NCBI GenBank assembly: GCA_044227505.1
Contig: JBGAWP010000012.1
Span: 2,946-66,945 of the forward strand
DNA length: 64,000 nt
Source: Chitinophagales bacterium
GTDB lineage: Bacteria > Bacteroidota > Bacteroidia > Chitinophagales > BACL12
Direction of reading: 5' to 3'
Shown here piece after piece: positions 1-8,573 of the stretch. Within the stretch, counting starts at the first letter, position 1. The number at the start of each line of letters is the position of its first letter. A program made the position numbers and the translations under genes. The notes beneath the pieces are model-generated. The model searched no databases. It was given only the letters and a program-made list of their open reading frames with translations, and was not told the origin of the DNA.

Positions 1-55
1 TTTATCATAAAAAATTAAAACAAGTTAACGAACCTCAAACTACAATTTAATTATT

Positions 56-274
56 ATGTCATTTCAAGCATATCTCGATAATATTAAAACCAAAACAGGT
101 AAGTCTCCGGAAGATTTTAAAAAATTAGCCAAACAAAAAGGATTTTTAGAAAATGGGGAACTTAAATCCAATGTAAAAGCCGGAGAAATTGTTAATTGGT
201 TAAAAATGGATTTCGATTTGGGACACGGGCATGCTATGGCTATTTTTGCACTATTGAAAGGAAAAAAAGAATAA
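56..274 (+). CDS. DUF4287 domain-containing protein
   Basis: 72-aa ORF with ATG start. The pattern MSFQAYLDNI..TGKSPEDF...GHGHAMAI fits the short DUF4287 family as I recall it. It is the only sensible ORF here. Confidence 0.7.
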   Translation: MSFQAYLDNIKTKTGKSPEDFKKLAKQKGFLENGELKSNVKAGEIVNWLKMDFDLGHGHAMAIFALLKGKKE

Positions 275-282
275 AAATTTAT

Positions 283-723
283 ATGCAATTTAAAACTGTT
301 CTTTTTCAGGCAGGTAAAACTGCAACAGGATTTGAAATACCTCCGGAAATTGTTGAAAAACTTGGCGCTGGTAAAAAACCTCCTGTTAAAGTCACCATAA
401 ACGGCTACACATACCGGAACACCGTTGCGGTTATGGGTGGAGTATATATGATAGGTGTAAGCGCACTGCACCGTGAAGGAGCAGGTATAAAAGGTGGTGA
501 TAAAATTACGGTAGACCTCGAATTGGATACTGAGCCTAGAATTGCAGAGGTGCCTTCGGATCTTGCAAAACAATTAAAAAAAGAACCGCTTGCTAAAAAG
601 AATTTTGATGCACTTTCTTATAGTAAGAAACGCGCATTCATTCTTCCGATCACAGATGCAAAAACAGAAGAAACCAGAATACGCAGAATTGAAAAAACAA
701 TTTTAACATTAAAACAAATGTAA
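283..723 (+). CDS. YdeI/OmpD-associated family protein (DUF1905-like N-terminus)
   Basis: The ORF track starts at 196, but the ATG at 283 (MQFKTVLFQAGKTATGFEIPPEIVEKLG...) removes the overlap with the upstream gene. The GKTATGFEIP and VKVTINGYTYR motifs are typical of DUF1905/YdeI. Confidence 0.65.
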   Translation: MQFKTVLFQAGKTATGFEIPPEIVEKLGAGKKPPVKVTINGYTYRNTVAVMGGVYMIGVSALHREGAGIKGGDKITVDLELDTEPRIAEVPSDLAKQLKKEPLAKKNFDALSYSKKRAFILPITDAKTEETRIRRIEKTILTLKQM

Positions 724-752
724 TTTTTTTTATAAATTAAAATAAAATTAAA

Positions 753-1190
753 ATGGCAAGAACAAGCACTTATCTCAATTTCTCCAGAAACACAGAAGAG
801 GCATTTAATTTTTACAGATCAATATTTGGCGGTGAGTTCGGCGGAAATGGTATTGCCAGATTTCGCGATATACCACCCTCCGACGATATGCCACCTTTGG
901 CACCCGGTGATGAGAATCTGGTAATGCATATTGAACTGGAAATAACGGGTGGACATAAATTAATGGCCACGGATGCTCCGGAAACAATGGGCTTTAATGT
1001 GAATTTTGGAAACAATATGCACATCAATCTCGAACCGGATACCAGAGAAGAAACTAAAAAATTATTTGATGCCTTGTCGGCAGGTGGAAAAGTAACAATG
1101 GAACTTCAGGATATGTTTTGGGGTGATTATTTTGGAAGTTGCACAGATAAATTTGGTGTTCAGTGGATGTTTAATTGTGCCAATAAATAA
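753..1190 (+). CDS. VOC family protein, PhnB-like (glyoxalase/bleomycin-resistance fold)
   Basis: 145 aa. YLNF..NTEEAFNFY..IFGG and the C-terminal FWGDYFGSCTDKFGVQWMF are hallmarks of the PhnB/3-demethylubiquinone-methyltransferase-like VOC family. Confidence 0.75.
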   Translation: MARTSTYLNFSRNTEEAFNFYRSIFGGEFGGNGIARFRDIPPSDDMPPLAPGDENLVMHIELEITGGHKLMATDAPETMGFNVNFGNNMHINLEPDTREETKKLFDALSAGGKVTMELQDMFWGDYFGSCTDKFGVQWMFNCANK

Positions 1191-1193
1191 TTT

Positions 1194-1398
1194 GGTGAGT
1201 GGTGAATGGTGAGTACTGAGATTGATCCACTTCAGCCATAAGTTTTTTGCCTGAATAAATAGCTCCAGTGTTTGATCGAACGTACTCACGCCTCACGATT
1301 GACGATTCACGAAAATGAGTAATGAGTAATGAGTAATGAGTTTGATCCTCGTAAGCCGGATGTTTTTACTCTTGACTAATGACTCTTGACTATCACTG
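1194..1398. repeat. heptanucleotide-periodic intergenic repeat element, locus 1
   Basis: In-register 7-nt units: GGTGAGT/GGTGAAT (1194-1214), CTCACGC CTCACGA TTGACGA TTCACGA (1285-1312), 4x AATGAGT (1314-1341), and ACTCTTG ACTAATG ACTCTTG ACTATCA (1368-1395). Two copies of the core TTGATCC-N5-AGCC-N4-GTTTTT are also present. Confidence 0.85.
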
Positions 1399-2373
1399 CC
1401 CAGTTGCTTGTTTGTTATACTTATTCCTATACTCCACCGGTGTTAATCCCGTAATTTTTTTAAAAATTGTCCTGAAGGCTTTGGTATCTGTATACCCAAC
1501 TTCAAACATCACTTCATTAATATTTTTTCTGCTGGTTTCGAAACTTCTTTTTGCAGCTTCCATTTTAATGCGATGTATATATTCCAATACAGTATTATTT
1601 GTAGCATTTTTAAACCGACGTTCAAAACTTCTTCTTCCTAAAGAAACTTTATTTGCCAAATCATCCACAGATATTTTTTCGGCATAATTTTTTTCAATAA
1701 ATTCCTGTGCTTCCTTTACTTCTTTATCAGTGTGATTTTTTTGTCCTTTGAATAAAGCAAAGGTAGTCTGACTATCTCTATCAATATCAATTGCAAAATA
1801 TTTTGATGCAAGAATTGCAGTTTCTCTGTCGGTATACTTTTCCACCAAATGCAAAAGTAAATTCCAATAAGAATTTGCTCCCCCGCTGGAATAAATTCTG
1901 TTTTCTTCTGTAATGATACTTCCATCCACCACTTCTACATCCGGAAACATTTCCCGGAACTCATTTTGAAATCCCCAATGCGTGGAACATTTTTTTCCAT
2001 CGAGCAAACCTGTACTTGCAAGTAAAAATGCACCAACACATAAAGATGCAACCTCTGCCCCACCCTCATACTGATCGGTGATCCATGGGATCAATTCTCT
2101 GTTTAAATGGATGGCATTTTTCATATCCCCAAAAAGTGCAGGAATAAAAACGAGATCGGTACTTTTAACATCCTTAATTTGTTTATCCGTATGAACTGAA
2201 AAGATTCCATCATTAAGTTTAACTTCCTTTTTTATTCCAACCAGCTGAATATTGAATAAAGGTTCCTTTCCCGACATCATCAAAAATTGATTTACAGCGG
2301 AAAATAAATACTGAGGATCAGCAATTGCCTGCATTACTGATGATTCCGGTACGAGAATGCTTACGTTTTTCAT
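1393..2373 (-). CDS. GlxA-family transcriptional regulator (DJ-1/PfpI-like domain + AraC-type HTH)
   Basis: 326 aa. The N-terminal DJ-1/PfpI-like region has the SLCVGAFLLA nucleophile-elbow motif. The C-terminal AraC HTH reads ISVDDLANKVSLGRRSFERRFK...GYTDTKAFRTIFKKITGLTPVEYR. Confidence 0.8.
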   Translation of the reverse strand: MKNVSILVPESSVMQAIADPQYLFSAVNQFLMMSGKEPLFNIQLVGIKKEVKLNDGIFSVHTDKQIKDVKSTDLVFIPALFGDMKNAIHLNRELIPWITDQYEGGAEVASLCVGAFLLASTGLLDGKKCSTHWGFQNEFREMFPDVEVVDGSIITEENRIYSSGGANSYWNLLLHLVEKYTDRETAILASKYFAIDIDRDSQTTFALFKGQKNHTDKEVKEAQEFIEKNYAEKISVDDLANKVSLGRRSFERRFKNATNNTVLEYIHRIKMEAAKRSFETSRKNINEVMFEVGYTDTKAFRTIFKKITGLTPVEYRNKYNKQATGQ

Positions 2374-2535
2374 ATTTCAAAGATAGAAAAATTCTGTCGC
2401 AAAACACCCCTTTATTGTCATTTTAACACATTGTTTTTAAGCCAATATGCTCCATCTTTGTATCACAAATAAAATAATTTTACAATCTATTAGAAAATTG
2501 AAATTATTTAATTTACTAACTTAAAAAATAGACAT

Positions 2536-2952
2536 ATGACAAGTAACATGATCACCGTTGAAGCATTAATAAATGCTCCGATAGAAAAAGTATGGGAATT
2601 CTGGACTAAACCTGAACACATTATGGTTTGGAACGCAGCTTCTGACGATTGGCATACTCCTTCTGCCACCAATGACCTCAGAACCGGAGGAAAATTTACA
2701 TCTAGAATGGAAGCAAAAGACGGGAGTTTTGGTTTTGATTTTGAAGGTATTTACGATGAAGTAAAACACCTGGAGCTGATAAAATATGGAATGGCGGATG
2801 GAAGAAAAGTGCAGGTAGAATTTATTAAGGAGGGTAATAAAACTCAAATCATTGAAAAATTTGATGCGGAAAGCGTAAATCCAGTCGACATGCAAAAAGC
2901 TGGCTGGCAAGCTATTCTGAATAATTTTAAAAAATATGTTGAGGCTAATTAA
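2536..2952 (+). CDS. SRPBCC superfamily protein, AHSA1/Aha1-like
   Basis: 138 aa. INAPIEKVWEFWTKPEHI..W and FDFEGIY.EV are typical of activator-of-Hsp90-ATPase-homolog-1-like SRPBCC proteins. Confidence 0.7.
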   Translation: MTSNMITVEALINAPIEKVWEFWTKPEHIMVWNAASDDWHTPSATNDLRTGGKFTSRMEAKDGSFGFDFEGIYDEVKHLELIKYGMADGRKVQVEFIKEGNKTQIIEKFDAESVNPVDMQKAGWQAILNNFKKYVEAN

Positions 2953-2972
2953 ATTCCTCCTAAATTTATTTG

Positions 2973-3395
2973 ATGGCACAGATCAATTCTTATTTAACCT
3001 TTAGTGGAAACTGCAGGGAAGCAATGCTTTTTTATCAGAAATGTTTGGGGGGTGAACTTCTATTACAGACTATTGGAGACTCACCTCTTGCAAAACAAAT
3101 GCCTGCAAAAATGAAGGAATTTATTTTGCATGCTACCTTAACAAAAAATGAATTAATTCTCATGGGTTCTGATATGGTTGCAGAAACGGGACTCATAAAA
3201 GGTAATGCCGTTTCACTATCAGTGAATTGTAGCAGCGAAAAAGAAATTAAATCCTTTTATAAAAAACTTGCAGTAGGCGGCAATGCCGATCATCCTCTGG
3301 AGAATACATTTTGGGGAGCATTATTTGGCGACCTAACTGACAAATATGGCAATCATTGGCTTTTGAATTTTGACAGGAACATCATTAAAAAATAA
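2973..3395 (+). CDS. VOC family protein, PhnB-like
   Basis: The ATG at 2973 lies one codon inside the TTG-started ORF. YLTFSGNCREAMLFYQKCLGGEL and FWGALFGDLTDKYGNHWLLNF mark it as a paralog of 753..1190. Confidence 0.75.
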   Translation: MAQINSYLTFSGNCREAMLFYQKCLGGELLLQTIGDSPLAKQMPAKMKEFILHATLTKNELILMGSDMVAETGLIKGNAVSLSVNCSSEKEIKSFYKKLAVGGNADHPLENTFWGALFGDLTDKYGNHWLLNFDRNIIKK

Positions 3396-3397
3396 AT

Positions 3398-3952
3398 ATG
3401 AGAAAATTAAACGCATATAATTTCCTTTCCCTAAATGGATGTTACAAGGGAAACAATGGAGATATCAGTTGGCATAAACACGGAGCGGAAGAAAATTCCT
3501 ATTCGGAAGAGAGTCTGGAACCAGGAAATATTCTGTTATTTGGTCGTATCACTTATGAAATGATGTCAGGATATTGGCCTTCTGAAGCTGCCTATCAAAA
3601 TTCGCCAAAAGTAGCCGAAGGAATGAATAATACTGAAAAGATCGTGTTTTCAAGCACTATGGAAAAAGCAACATGGAATAACACTTTATTAATAAAAAAT
3701 AATATTGTAGACGAGATCCGTAAAATAAAACAAACTCCCGGTAAAGATATGACCATACTAGGAAGCGGGACAATTATCACACAATTTGCTGAACACAATC
3801 TTATCGACAGCATACAAATAATGATTGATCCGGTTGTGATAAAAAACGGCACACCCATTTTCAATAATATACATTGTAATCTCAATTTAATATTAACGGA
3901 AACCAAAACTTTTAAAAGCGGAGTTGTACTTTTAAATTATAAAATTGAATAA
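3398..3952 (+). CDS. dihydrofolate reductase family protein (RibD C-terminal domain type)
   Basis: 184 aa. LLFGRITYEMM..YWP, TILGSGTI and LIDSIQIMIDPVVIKNGTPIF fit the RibD_C/DHFR-like family. Confidence 0.7.
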   Translation: MRKLNAYNFLSLNGCYKGNNGDISWHKHGAEENSYSEESLEPGNILLFGRITYEMMSGYWPSEAAYQNSPKVAEGMNNTEKIVFSSTMEKATWNNTLLIKNNIVDEIRKIKQTPGKDMTILGSGTIITQFAEHNLIDSIQIMIDPVVIKNGTPIFNNIHCNLNLILTETKTFKSGVVLLNYKIE

Positions 3953-3976
3953 AATCAGGAGGTTTTGCAACTCATT

Positions 3977-4186
3977 ATGGTAGAAATATTTAAAACAAAT
4001 GTGGAACGAGCCGAGGATGCAAATTTTTTATTGCAAACACTGACTTTAGTTTTTCCTTGCTACAAAATAAATTTTGACCTTTCCGATTGTGATAAAATAT
4101 TGAGAATAGAAGGTGAAAATATCAAGTTGGATAAAATCATTGAAATATTAAATCGGAATAATTACGTTTGTATAAATTTAGATTGA
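3977..4186 (+). CDS. hypothetical small protein (possible ferredoxin-like/HMA-like fold)
   Basis: ATG at 3977 within the TTG-started ORF, 69 aa. I recognise no family. It is compatible with the gene spacing of the surrounding co-directional block. Confidence 0.35.
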   Translation: MVEIFKTNVERAEDANFLLQTLTLVFPCYKINFDLSDCDKILRIEGENIKLDKIIEILNRNNYVCINLD

Positions 4187-4219
4187 GACAACATTTAACT
4201 AACAATAAACTATCATAAT

Positions 4220-4603
4220 ATGGCTATGTTAAAAATTGCTCCAACCACAATTGATGAATATATTTCTTTATTCCCGCCGGAAACACAGAAAAAATTAGAG
4301 CAAATACGGCAATTGATTCGCAAACTTGCACCAAAGGCTGAGGAGGTGATCAGCTATCAAATGCCTGCCTTTAAACTTAATTCCGTATTTGTTTATTTTG
4401 CAGGGTATAAAAACCATATCGGATTTTATCCAACTTCAACCGGCATAAAAAATTTCGAAAAAGAAATTGCTAAATATAAATGGTCGAAAGGTGCAGTTCA
4501 ATTCCCCTTAGATGAACCATTGCCCGTTTCTCTGATCACTAAAATGGTGAAGTATAAAATAAAGGAGGATAAAGAAAGAGCCAATGCCCGTAAAAAATCT
4601 TAA
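4220..4603 (+). CDS. DUF1801 (YdhG-like) domain-containing protein
   Basis: 127 aa. IDEYISLFPPETQKKLEQIRQLIRKLAP.AEEVISYQMPAFK...GYKNHIGFYP is the classic DUF1801 pattern. Confidence 0.7.
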   Translation: MAMLKIAPTTIDEYISLFPPETQKKLEQIRQLIRKLAPKAEEVISYQMPAFKLNSVFVYFAGYKNHIGFYPTSTGIKNFEKEIAKYKWSKGAVQFPLDEPLPVSLITKMVKYKIKEDKERANARKKS

Positions 4604-4877
4604 TACGTGTTCACAGGGTCATAAATTTATAAAAAGCAGCAATTGCCCTTTTTGTCCTATTTGCGAAAACGAAAGAAAACCTCCCGGAGGATTTTTATCA
4701 TTGCTTTCAGCCCCCGCCCGAAGAGCGTTGGAAAACAACCATATTAAATCACTTAAACAATTGTCAAAATTTACTGAAAAAGAAATATTATCCTTTCACG
4801 GTTTAGGACCTTCCACTATCCCCATTCTAAAAAAAGCGCTTAATGCACAAAATCTCTCCTTTAAAAAACCAAAATAG
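4584..4877 (+). CDS. small zinc-ribbon plus helix-hairpin-helix protein (RNA polymerase alpha CTD-like)
   Basis: 97 aa, overlapping the upstream gene by 20 nt. The N-terminal C..H..x9..CPFCPIC cluster is followed by LSAPARRALENN.IKSLKQL...GLGPSTI, a HhH-like segment. Confidence 0.45.
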   Translation: MPVKNLNTCSQGHKFIKSSNCPFCPICENERKPPGGFLSLLSAPARRALENNHIKSLKQLSKFTEKEILSFHGLGPSTIPILKKALNAQNLSFKKPK

Positions 4878-5048
4878 GAAGCGTTTATAACGCTCCGTTT
4901 TATTAATTATCAACATTAAATGTGATTTCAAGAACTTTCCCTACTTTTATGCCAATTTGACTGGTATTAAATTCCCGTTATGGAAATATTAATAACAATA
5001 TTTGAAACAATTCTTTTTAATCATTTACGTCATTAAATAAAAAAACTC

Positions 5049-6956
5049 ATGGAACTCCTTTTCTACGATTATTGGTGGATTCTACTCATCATCCTTTGTC
5101 TTGTTTTGTATAAATATATTCTCCGGTTTTTATTCGGAATGGTTATAGTGCCTGAAGACAGGATAGGATTGGTTACAAAAAAATTCGTTCTGTTCGGTGA
5201 CAACAAAGAATTACCTGATGGTCGCATTATCGCAACTTTGGGTGAAGCAGGTTTTCAGGCTAAAACGCTTGCTCCCGGTCTCTATTTTTGGAAATGGGTA
5301 TGGCAATTTGATGTAACTATGGAGAAATTTACCATCATTCCCGAAGGTCAGATCGGACTTGTATTGGCGAAAGATGGTATGGCAATCCCAACCGGAAATA
5401 TTCTCGGTCAAATGGTGGAATGTGATACCTATCAGGATGCTACAAAATTTTTAAACAATGGCGGACAGCGCGGTCGACAAACTACTTATATCACTGCCGG
5501 TTCTTATCGTATAAATACCATGTTGTTCGATATTTCTGTTACTGATATGATCAGAATTCAGGAAAGTATGGTAGGCATAATTACAACGCTGGATGGTTTA
5601 CCCATTGAAAGCGGTCAAATAGCGGGTAAAATGATTGAGGGACATAATAATTTTCAGGATTTTGATAAATTTATTAAGAACGGTGGAAATCGCGGATTAC
5701 AACCGCATGTAGTTCTCGCCGGTTCATACAACTTGAATCCCTGGGCAGTGCAAATGGAAGAAATTCCGATGACAGAAATTTCCATTGGATATGTTGGAGT
5801 TGTGATCTCTTTTATAGGTCAGGACGGACACGACCTCACAGGTTCCGATTTTAAACATGGAAATATTGTTGAAAAAGGTTTTAAAGGAGTTTGGCTGGAA
5901 CCACTTGGGCCTGGTAAATATCCGATAAATAAATATACCATGAAAGTGGAATTGGTGCCAACAACAAATCTTGTATTAAATTGGGCATCAGCAAGAAGTG
6001 AAGCGCATAATCTGGATAAAAATCTTTCCACTATTACAGTTCGTTCAAAAGATGGTTTCCCATTTAATTTAGACGTTGCACAAATTATTCACGTACCAAC
6101 CACAGAGGCTCCGAAAGTAATTGCGCGTTTCGGAAATATGGTAAATCTTGTTTCTCAGGTGTTGGAACCAACCATTGGAAACTATTTCAGAAATTCAGCA
6201 CAAGACTCTGATGTGATCGCTTTTTTATCTACCAGAAAAGAAAGACAGGAATCTGCAAAAGAACATATTAAAAAAGTGTTGGATGAATATAATGTGAATG
6301 CAGTTGATACACTTATTGGAGATATAGTTCCACCTGAATCGTTGATGAAAACATTAACCGACAGAAAAATTGCAGAGGAACAAAAAATAACCTACGATAC
6401 ACAAAAAAGAGCACAGGAAACTCGTCAGGGAATGGAAAAAGAGACTGCCATTGCCGATATGCAAAAAGATATTGTAAAAGCACAACAAAGTGTTGAAATT
6501 GCAGAACGCACAGCAAGTGCAACAGTAAAAAAATCGGAGGGTGATGCAACAGGAGTTAAACTTGCCGTTGGTGCTGAAGCGGAGGCTACCAAAATGCGTG
6601 CATTCGCAGAGGCTGAATCAACAAAAGCAAGAGCGCAAGCTGATTCTGAAGCAATTAAACTAAGAGCAGCAGCACAGGCTGAACAGATTACATTAACAGG
6701 TAGCGCAGAAGCAGGAAAAATTCTTGCTATTGGTAAATCCACGGCAGAAGCTTATGAACTTGCAGTAAAAGCGCTTGGTGGTGAAAACTTTACGAGATAT
6801 AAAATAACCGAAGAATTAGCAAAGGGGCATATTAAATTAATTCCGGATGTGCTTATTGGCGGAACAAACAGTAATGGAACGGCAATGGATGGTTTATTGG
6901 GATTAAAATTAATGGAAATGATGGATCCAAAAAATAAAAAAGAAGAGGAAAAATAA
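5049..6956 (+). CDS. SPFH/band-7 domain protein, flotillin-like
   Basis: 635 aa with an N-terminal TM helix, SPFH-like repeats and a long Ala/Glu/Lys-rich coiled-coil (AEAEATKMRAFAEAESTKARAQADSEAIKLRAAAQAEQ) typical of bacterial flotillins. Confidence 0.75.
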   Translation: MELLFYDYWWILLIILCLVLYKYILRFLFGMVIVPEDRIGLVTKKFVLFGDNKELPDGRIIATLGEAGFQAKTLAPGLYFWKWVWQFDVTMEKFTIIPEGQIGLVLAKDGMAIPTGNILGQMVECDTYQDATKFLNNGGQRGRQTTYITAGSYRINTMLFDISVTDMIRIQESMVGIITTLDGLPIESGQIAGKMIEGHNNFQDFDKFIKNGGNRGLQPHVVLAGSYNLNPWAVQMEEIPMTEISIGYVGVVISFIGQDGHDLTGSDFKHGNIVEKGFKGVWLEPLGPGKYPINKYTMKVELVPTTNLVLNWASARSEAHNLDKNLSTITVRSKDGFPFNLDVAQIIHVPTTEAPKVIARFGNMVNLVSQVLEPTIGNYFRNSAQDSDVIAFLSTRKERQESAKEHIKKVLDEYNVNAVDTLIGDIVPPESLMKTLTDRKIAEEQKITYDTQKRAQETRQGMEKETAIADMQKDIVKAQQSVEIAERTASATVKKSEGDATGVKLAVGAEAEATKMRAFAEAESTKARAQADSEAIKLRAAAQAEQITLTGSAEAGKILAIGKSTAEAYELAVKALGGENFTRYKITEELAKGHIKLIPDVLIGGTNSNGTAMDGLLGLKLMEMMDPKNKKEEEK

Positions 6957-6962
6957 TTTAAT

Positions 6963-7496
6963 ATGCAGGAGATCATCATAAAAAGGAATTACAATATTTT
7001 TTACCGTATGCTGGCCATTAGTGCTGTAACTTTAGTTTTTATAGCCAGAAATATTATTAGTTATTATAAATCCAACGGAGAAGGGAATTTGGTATTTCTC
7101 ATTATTTCTTATGTTTTCGGGGTATTGATTTTATTACTGATCAATAATTCCATTCGACAATTAAATAAAAGAACTCCGGCATTGATCATATCTGAAAAAG
7201 GAATAATTGATAATATCAGTCATATAAAACCGGAGTTGGTGCCCTGGTCAAATATAAAAGGTGCAGAAGTTAAAAAATATAAAGGGAACATGCATATGGT
7301 AATTCAATTGCATGATTATTACGATGTTCTTGATAACGATAGCCCATTTCGCACCAAAATGACACAGATATATATCAAAGATCTGGAAACGCCCTGGGTG
7401 ATCAATCTGGGATTAGTTAAAACGGATATTTCAGAACTACATCGAATAATTCTTGAAAGATCAGCGGCAGCGGATATCGTGAATCGTGAGCCGTGA
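6963..7496 (+). CDS. hypothetical membrane protein (two N-terminal TM helices + soluble domain)
   Basis: 177 aa, starting 6 nt after the flotillin gene. Hydrophobic segments are AISAVTLVFIARNII and LVFLIISYVFGVLILLLI. The last codons and the stop lie inside the heptamer repeat. Confidence 0.45.
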   Translation: MQEIIIKRNYNIFYRMLAISAVTLVFIARNIISYYKSNGEGNLVFLIISYVFGVLILLLINNSIRQLNKRTPALIISEKGIIDNISHIKPELVPWSNIKGAEVKKYKGNMHMVIQLHDYYDVLDNDSPFRTKMTQIYIKDLETPWVINLGLVKTDISELHRIILERSAAADIVNREP

Positions 7497-7735
7497 AACC
7501 GGGACGAGGATTTTAGTCAAGGGTCAGGAGGGCATTAGTCAGGAGTCAGGAGTCAGGAGTCAATAGTCATTAGGCAGGAGTCAATAGTCATTGGTCAGGA
7601 GTGAAATTTTCCTCCGACCGAAATGCGAGCTCACGCCTCTCGCTTGACGCCTCACGAAATAAATGTCATTAGGCAGGTGTAAAATTTTCCAGCAACTGAA
7701 ATCCGGACTCACGCCTCACGATTCACGCCTCACGA
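7476..7735. repeat. heptanucleotide-periodic intergenic repeat element, locus 2
   Basis: Contains 3 ATCGTGA-type units (7476-7496), 9 consecutive in-register AGTCAGG-type units (7537-7599), two copies of a 26/27-nt core (7604-7629, 7681-7707), and two runs of four CTCACGC-type units (7630-7657, 7708-7735). Confidence 0.9.
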
Positions 7736-7813
7736 ATTTCCCCCCTGTCCATTTTTAGAATTTCAATCGTTATGAAACTTTATAACCAAATTTCTTAACT
7801 TAAAACAATTAAA

Positions 7814-8197
7814 ATGACAGGATCAGAAAATGCTTTAAATTGGTTTGAAATATCCGTAAGTGATATTACACGTGCAAAAACTTTTTACGAAACAGTTTTT
7901 GGGATCGAAATGCCTACCTCAGAAATGATGGGCATGCAAATGGCTTTTTTTCCCTCCGAAGATATGAACGGAAAGGTTTCAGGTTCTTTGGTACAGGGTG
8001 ACATGCACAAACCAAGCGCTGATGGTGCGAAAATTTATTTAAATGGGAATCCCGATCTTAACATCGCTTTATCAAAGGTGGAATCAGCCGGTGGTAAAGT
8101 GATAATGCCCAAAACACATATAGGAGAAGATATTGGCAATATGGCCTTTTTTATCGATTCTGAAGGAAATACAGTTGCTTTACATTCAAATAATTAA
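7814..8197 (+). CDS. VOC family protein (glyoxalase/bleomycin-resistance type)
   Basis: 127 aa. LNWFEISVSDITRAKTFYETVFG and the C-terminal MAFFIDSEGNTVALHS are the typical beta-alpha-beta-beta-beta module motifs. Confidence 0.75.
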   Translation: MTGSENALNWFEISVSDITRAKTFYETVFGIEMPTSEMMGMQMAFFPSEDMNGKVSGSLVQGDMHKPSADGAKIYLNGNPDLNIALSKVESAGGKVIMPKTHIGEDIGNMAFFIDSEGNTVALHSNN

Positions 8198-8210
8198 ATT
8201 AAACTTTAAG

Positions 8211-8558
8211 ATGAAAGAATTTTTATTAGTATTCAGAAGAGACGCTTCCGTGAACGAACCTCCAATGTCGCCCGAGCAAATTCAAACCATGATGAAACCA
8301 TGGCAAGATTGGATAGGAAGTATAGCCGCTCAAAATAAATTGGTGACTGCCGGGAACCGTTTAACACCGGATGGAGCAGTTATCAAACCCAATAATGTGA
8401 TCACCAATGGCCCTTTTGTAGAAATTAAAGAAGCAATTGGAGGATATACCATCATTAAATGTGAAACGTTGGAGGAGGCTGTGGAATTATCTAAAAATTG
8501 CCCCATTTTATTTAATGGCGGAAGTGTGGAAGTACGCACAATAGTGCCAATGGATTAA
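8211..8558 (+). CDS. YciI/DGPF family protein
   Basis: The ATG at 8211 (MKEFLLVFRRD...) is preferred over the overlapping track start at 8133. W.DWI....N.LV.AGNRL, GPF.E.KE.IGGY.II and the EEA..L...CP pattern fit the YCII-related DGPF family. Confidence 0.7.
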   Translation: MKEFLLVFRRDASVNEPPMSPEQIQTMMKPWQDWIGSIAAQNKLVTAGNRLTPDGAVIKPNNVITNGPFVEIKEAIGGYTIIKCETLEEAVELSKNCPILFNGGSVEVRTIVPMD

Positions 8559-8573
8559 AATCAAAATAAAAAA

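Noticed and set aside
196-282. N-terminal extensions offered by the ORF track (196 for the YdeI-like gene; likewise 8133 for the YciI gene and 21704 for the ice-binding protein)
   Set aside because: The extensions overlap upstream genes or precede a clean signal peptide or family-typical start. Internal ATGs at 283, 8211 and 21764 give canonical N-termini.
64-573. 169-aa minus-strand ORF
   Set aside because: It is antisense to two well-supported plus-strand genes (DUF4287, YdeI-like), has a low-complexity composition, and matches no recognisable family.
1379-1687. 102-aa plus-strand ORF
   Set aside because: It is antisense to the AraC HTH region of the GlxA-type regulator and begins inside the heptamer repeat. 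It is a hydrophobic shadow ORF.
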